A stretch of 64,000 bases of DNA from NCBI RefSeq assembly GCF_006345805.1, contig NC_043023.1:12648001-12712000 (forward strand), read 5' to 3'. How positions within the stretch are numbered: position 1 is the stretch's first letter; every line of letters begins with the position of its first letter. The notes beneath the pieces were generated by a model. That model ran no database searches, was not told the DNA's origin, and saw nothing but the letters and a program-made list of their open reading frames with translations. Origin of the DNA: Octopus sinensis (Eukaryota). The position numbers were made by a program, and so were the translations under genes. Shown one piece after another: positions 58,517 through 64,000 of this stretch.

Positions 58517-60561
58517 AGGGTACTATTTAAGAAGAGAGGTCCAGGTGCGCGCATCCGCAGGAGCTAGTCGTGACTAGTCGATCCTTACTTTGTATTTTTG
58601 TTTTATTTACTTTGTTTTAAAAAAATTATATTCTTTGTTTGAAAAAATGAGCGTAACTTCGGTATAGGTACCGGAAGTACCAGATACATTTCAAGAAAGT
58701 GTCTTTTTTTCTTATATATGGGGGTTTCGGTTAAGGTTTGTGTTAGGGGTGGGAGAAAAGGGTTTCTGTTATCTTCAAAATGTAAACAAAGCCACTCACG
58801 GTACTTATATCGAAGGATCGCCAAAAAATTATTTATTTTGTGTTTTATTTACTTTGCTAGGTAGTCGTTGTAGGATCGACTAGTCACGACTAACTAGCTC
58901 GAGTGCGCTCACCGGGACCACTCTTTTAAAATCGTACCGGAGAAAATTAGAACGATTAATCTAATTTTTTAACCATTTTATACTAAAAAATAAAATACGC
59001 AGAACGGGCACTCGCGAATATAAACAAACATGTATGTACGTATACGTATGTATTTATGCATATATATGTATTATTATGTATACATATATGTGTGTGTGTA
59101 AGGGTGAAAGAAATTGAATATTAATTAATAACATCAATTTCGTATGGATTTTGGCGTTTGGTTCAGCAAATTATGTTTTTGATATACTCTACCGATGATT
59201 CGAAAATGATTTGTAAGTAAAATTACACAATCTATTAACGATGAAACAATTGTATAGAGTTAATCCATTTTTTCGTTATTTTTCATTTGTCCTGCCCGCT
59301 TACATTCTTGGCGTGTTGAATTAACGCTTGAGAACAATTCTTTAGTGGTGGATTCCCTTTGCGGATCTATTTCTAGCGTTAGAGTCACCACATGTGGTCC
59401 TTCTCTTATTACTTGTATGTATATATATATATATATATGTGTGTGTGTATACAAATATATTTGTAGTGAATCTTGCACGCATGAAGTAGATTTGATCCAC
59501 CATAGCCAAAATTTTAATTAACCCTTCACCAAATTTTTCCCACGGCAGAACAATAGAGAAATCTCTATACAGAATGTTGTAAAAGTTTCAATGCCTCAAT
59601 GGATTCTGACCCCTGCAAACATAGACATTAAATGGATGACAGTGTTGATGTTGTAAGATTTGCAATGTTGAATTACTATGTCGTTTAATGATTCTCTTTA
59701 TCTCACTGCTTCTGTTTTTTTCTATTTCAGAATATAACATCCTGTTGATATGAAAGAAATTACTTCATTCAGATGTGCCTCTGATATTTTATCAGCTCCC
59801 ATCAACCAAAGGAAGAGGATATATTTATAAGGAGCATTCATCAATACATCAAACCCATCTTATAAAGGAAATCTGTGAAAAACAACAGCAAAATATTTCT
59901 TCTGGACGATGGAATTAACAGCAACAATTTGAATCTTTGCTGTCTGGAATATAGAGGAGATGATTGTTTTACAGGTTAATTAAGCTTGGATAACTTTACA
60001 AAGGGGTAGACAATTGTCACCTCTTGATTTAGATATTAAGCAAAATCACAGATGAAAGAAGCATAGCATTAAATTAATCTCTGAAAATAGCAACACAAAT
60101 ATATTCATAGAAATGAATTTTTTTCCTATTTGAGAATATCATACCATGTTGATTTAAAAGAAATTTCTTCATTCGGGATGTGTGTCTGATATTTTTATTG
60201 ACTTTCATCAATTAAAGGAAGACCATATATTCATAAGGCACATTCATCAAAACATCAGCTTCTTTATATAAATAAAATCTTCGACGAACAATGGGGAAAT
60301 ATTTCTTCTGGATGATGGAATTAAGAGCAACATTTTTTTTGCCATCTGGAATGTAGAGATGATGATGAACCTACAGGTTAAGTTTGAGTAACTTTACGAA
60401 AGAGTTAACCAATTTATATCTTCTGTTTTAGATATTAAGCAAGATCACCAATGAAAGTAACATAACATTTAATTATTCTCTGATGCATTTGAACACAAAC
60501 ATTCATAGAAATGAAACAGATACTATCACTGTGATATGTATAACGAAATTAATCTCTCATA

Positions 60562-62116
60562 ATGAATAATTCAACTAAAGCAAAAATCTCTGATAAAAGA
60601 GAAAAGCCATATCACTGTGATATCTGTGGTAAGTCATTCTCTCAAAGTGTAATTAAGAAGGCACAGACGTGTTCATACTGGAGAAAAACCATATCAGTGT
60701 GATATCTGTGGTAAATCATTTTCTGAAAACAGCACTTTAACTCGTCACAAATTTATTCATACTGGGGAAAAGCCGCATCAGTGTGATATCTGTGGTAAAT
60801 CATTTTCTCAAAGTGCTTACTTACCTAAACACAAACATACTCATACAGGAGAGAAACCATATCAGTGTGATATCTGTGGTAAATCATTTTCTCAAAGTGC
60901 TGAATTACCTAGACACAAACGTACTCATACAGGAGAAAAGCCCCATCATTGTGATATCTGTGGTAAATCATTCACTACAAATAGTGATTTGACTAGTCAT
61001 ATACGTATTCATACTGGAGAAAAACCATATCAGTGTGATATCTGTGGCAAATCATTTTCTAAGCCTTCTTCTTTAAAAAGTCACAAACGTATTCATACAG
61101 GTGAGAAGCCTTATCATTGCGATATCTGTGGTGAATCATTCTCTGAAAATAGCAATTTCACCAGACACCTACGTATTCATACAGGAGAGAAGCCATATTG
61201 TTGTAATATCTGTGGTAAATCATTTTCTCAGCCTTCTACTTTAAAAGGGCACAAAACTATTCATACAGGTGAGAAGCCATATCAGTGTGATATCTGTGGT
61301 AAATCATTCCCTTACAGTAGTGAATTACCTAAACACAAACGTATACACACTAGGGAAACAGAACATCACTGTGATATCTGTGGTGAATCATTTTCTTGTA
61401 ATAGCCATTTAACCAGACACAAACATATTCATACAGGAGAGAAGCGATATCATTGTAATATCTGTGGTAAATCATTTTCCTATAATTCTACTTTAAAAGG
61501 GCACAAACGTATTCATACAGGAGAGAAACCATATCAGTGTGATATCTGTGGTAAGTCATTTTCTGTTAATAGCAATTTAATCAGTCACAGACGTATTCAT
61601 ACAGGAGAGAAACCATATCAGTGTGATATCTGTGGTAAATCATTCTCTACCAGTAGTGACATAAATAAACACAAACGTACACATACAGGAGAAAAGCCTC
61701 ATCATTGTAATATCTGTGGTAAATCATTTTCTAGAAGTAACATTTTAACTGATCACAAACGTATTCATACAGGAGAGAAGCCATACCATTGTGATATCTG
61801 TGGTAAATCATTCACTATAAATAGTCATTTGACTAGACATATACGTATTCATACTGGGGAAAAACCATATCAATGTGATATCTGTGGTAAATCATTTTCT
61901 CAAAATATTAATTTGACTATCCACAAACGTATTCATACAGGAGAGAAGCCATATCATTGTGATATCTGTGGTAAATCATTTTCTCGCAGTAGTTATTTCC
62001 ACAAACATAAACGTATTCATATTGGGGAAAAACCATATCATTGTGATATTTGTGGTGAGTCATTCTCTCAAAAACGCCACTTAAGTTCACATCTGAGTAT
62101 TCATACACAGGCGTAA
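60562..62116 (+). pseudogene. C2H2 zinc-finger array (ZF8), about 18 fingers, 2-bp loss in finger 1
   Basis: ATG of MNNSTKAK at 60562. CAAAGTGTAATTAAGAAGG versus the paralog CAAAGTGGTAATCTAAGAAGG shifts the frame. The downstream fingers are open to HTQA* (track ORF 60989-62116). Confidence 0.85.
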
Positions 62117-64000
62117 TCGTATCAATATCAAAATTTATTACAACCCGGCAGGACAAGTGAGACCATAACCCATGGCCTCTACCTGGGATGTAGCCAGTCC
62201 ACTTATGCATAGCTTTCCTTCTAGGGACACAAAACTCTACTTGTGAAGACCTGTTGCGGCAAGTGAGAATCAGATTCCAAATCGAAATCAATCAACATCA
62301 ATAGAAATTGTAGCTGTGATACCAGTGCTGGTGGCACATAAAAAGCACCAACCGATCGTGGCCGCTGCCAGCTTCCTCTGGCACCTGTGCCAGTGGCATG
62401 TAATAAGCACCATCCGAACGTGGCCGTTGCCAGCACCGCTTGAACTGGCTTCCATGCCGGTGGCTTGTAAAAAGCACCGACTGACCGTGGCCACTGCTAA
62501 GTGACGGGGACATAGACACACCAGCATCGATTGTCAAGCAATGCTAAGGGGACAAACACAAACACATGCATATATATACATCTATACAACAGGCTTCTTT
62601 CAGTTTCTGTCTACAAAATCCACTCACAAGGCTTTGGTCGGCATGAGGCTATAGTAGATACTTACCCAAGGTGCCACGCAGTGGGACTGAACCTGGAACC
62701 ATGTGGTTGGTAAGCAAGCTACTTACCACACAGCCACTCCTGCGCCTATATGTATATTGTGATTACATTTTCTTTTGAATTGTCATATTTTCTGCCACAT
62801 CTTCTGGGTAATCGGTAGCCATCTTATTTCTGGTGCCACTCCAATCTTTCTATTTCCATGCTCCGCTCTCAAGGGGCAACCTTATAGTGACGCCTGGTCC
62901 CAGACGCCATTTTAGGATTTTCATCCACGCATGCGCAGGGGTAAGAGCCTGCCGGAAGCCCCTTATGCACATGTGCAGTCATCAGCATCAGCTAAGCTTG
63001 ACCGCTGTCCTCTCTCTCTCTCTTCGCCCCTGCTTCCAACCAAGCCAGACGCAACTTGACCACCTCCGTGTGGCTGGAATTCTGAAGGCGATCCATGACT
63101 TCAGCGAATCTGAGAAGTATGCCTTCACAATCGTGATTAAAGTGTCTCTGCTGCTTCCGCACGAAGGCGACCTAGCTACTGATTGTCCAGAGATGTAACG
63201 CTTGTACAGACAGAAGAATAAATATTGTTATTTGTTCAGAGATCCTTGTTCTATTGATTTTGTTATGGCTTGGTGGGGTGACTGGGGAAATGTAAAGATG
63301 TGCACGACCTCCCTTTGACGGTTTGGAATGACCATAGAAAGTGCGAGCCCACGAACTGAAAAATTGTCGATTTGTATAAAGGACACACGCACAGACAGAT
63401 ATTTTTCCGTTTATATATATATTTAATGGCTTTGCGGTGTAACTGGGGAAATGTAAAGATGTGCACGACCACCCTTGGACGGTTTTGAATGACCATAGAA
63501 AATGCGAGCCCTCTAACTGAGAAACTGTGGATTTGTATAAAGGACACGCACACACAGACAGACATTTGGCCATTTATATATAGAGAGATGTTGATGTAAT
63601 TCAGCCTAAGGAGACATCTACAGCTGGCTACACGACATGATCTGTTTATATTCGCGAGTGCCCGTTCTTCATATTTTATTTGTTAGTATAAAATACTTTT
63701 AAAAAATGGATGAATCTTCCTAATTTTCAGCAGATTTAAGAATTATCTTTTAAATCTGTAGGTCAAAAGGTAAAAATCCCAGCGTTTCTCTATTTCCATT
63801 CGTAATTGTGCATTATGTTGGGAGCGGCGACATCTTTTCCCTCCCCGTTGTCATTGGAAGAATTAATCAACCTTCGAATATCGAACACGCAACACTACAT
63901 TCCATCCACTGACGGTTCTCTCAAAGTAGCAACTTAATTATACATGAGAGAAAATAGATCACTGTGATCATCATCATCATCATCGTTTAACGTCCGATTT

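Noticed and set aside
62833-63198. 121-aa ORF ...AGILKAIHDFSESEKYAFTIV... (shorter in other units)
   Set aside because: Frame and length are inconsistent across paralogs, no motif is recognisable, and it lies within a probable TE remnant.

Overview
Eukaryotic, AT-rich genomic DNA that looks like Octopus (cephalopod). This is inferred from the SINE and RTE repeat families and the TGT-GAT-ATC-type C2H2 codon signature, not from a database hit. The window is a tandem segmental array of about 7 copies of a ~7.6-8.5 kb cassette, enlarged to ~13-14 kb in units 2 and 3 by insertions (anchors at about 1, 7760, 20852, 35123, 42766, ~51000, 59112). Each cassette carries a degenerate duplicated leader, a single-exon C2H2 zinc-finger (ZF) array, an RTE-LINE 3' fragment right after the stop codon, a tRNA-type SINE, MITEs, and a conserved CCAAT/CRE/ETS/CRE/TATA-like promoter that faces the next ZF gene. 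There are eight sense ZF arrays: two fully open (10 and 21 fingers), one nearly intact (12 fingers, then a frameshift) and five disrupted. A ninth ZF block is inverted. Unit-specific insertions include an apparently intact 3.2 kb Merlin (IS1016/ISXO2-like) DNA transposon with ~1 kb TIRs and an 8-bp TSD, a 5'-truncated RTE LINE with an open 575-aa RT frame, a probable solo LTR and a 276-bp fold-back MITE. The most interesting signals are: (i) an inverted ZF block upstream of a sense ZF array, which could make a hairpin RNA against the family; (ii) LINE-derived 3' UTRs on all sense ZF genes; (iii) independent RTE insertions at the same His-Cys-Asp codon junction; (iv) a Helitron-like element copied into both TIRs of the Merlin element. 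All coordinates were read by eye and may be off by a few bases. No CRISPR, rRNA or tRNA genes were seen.
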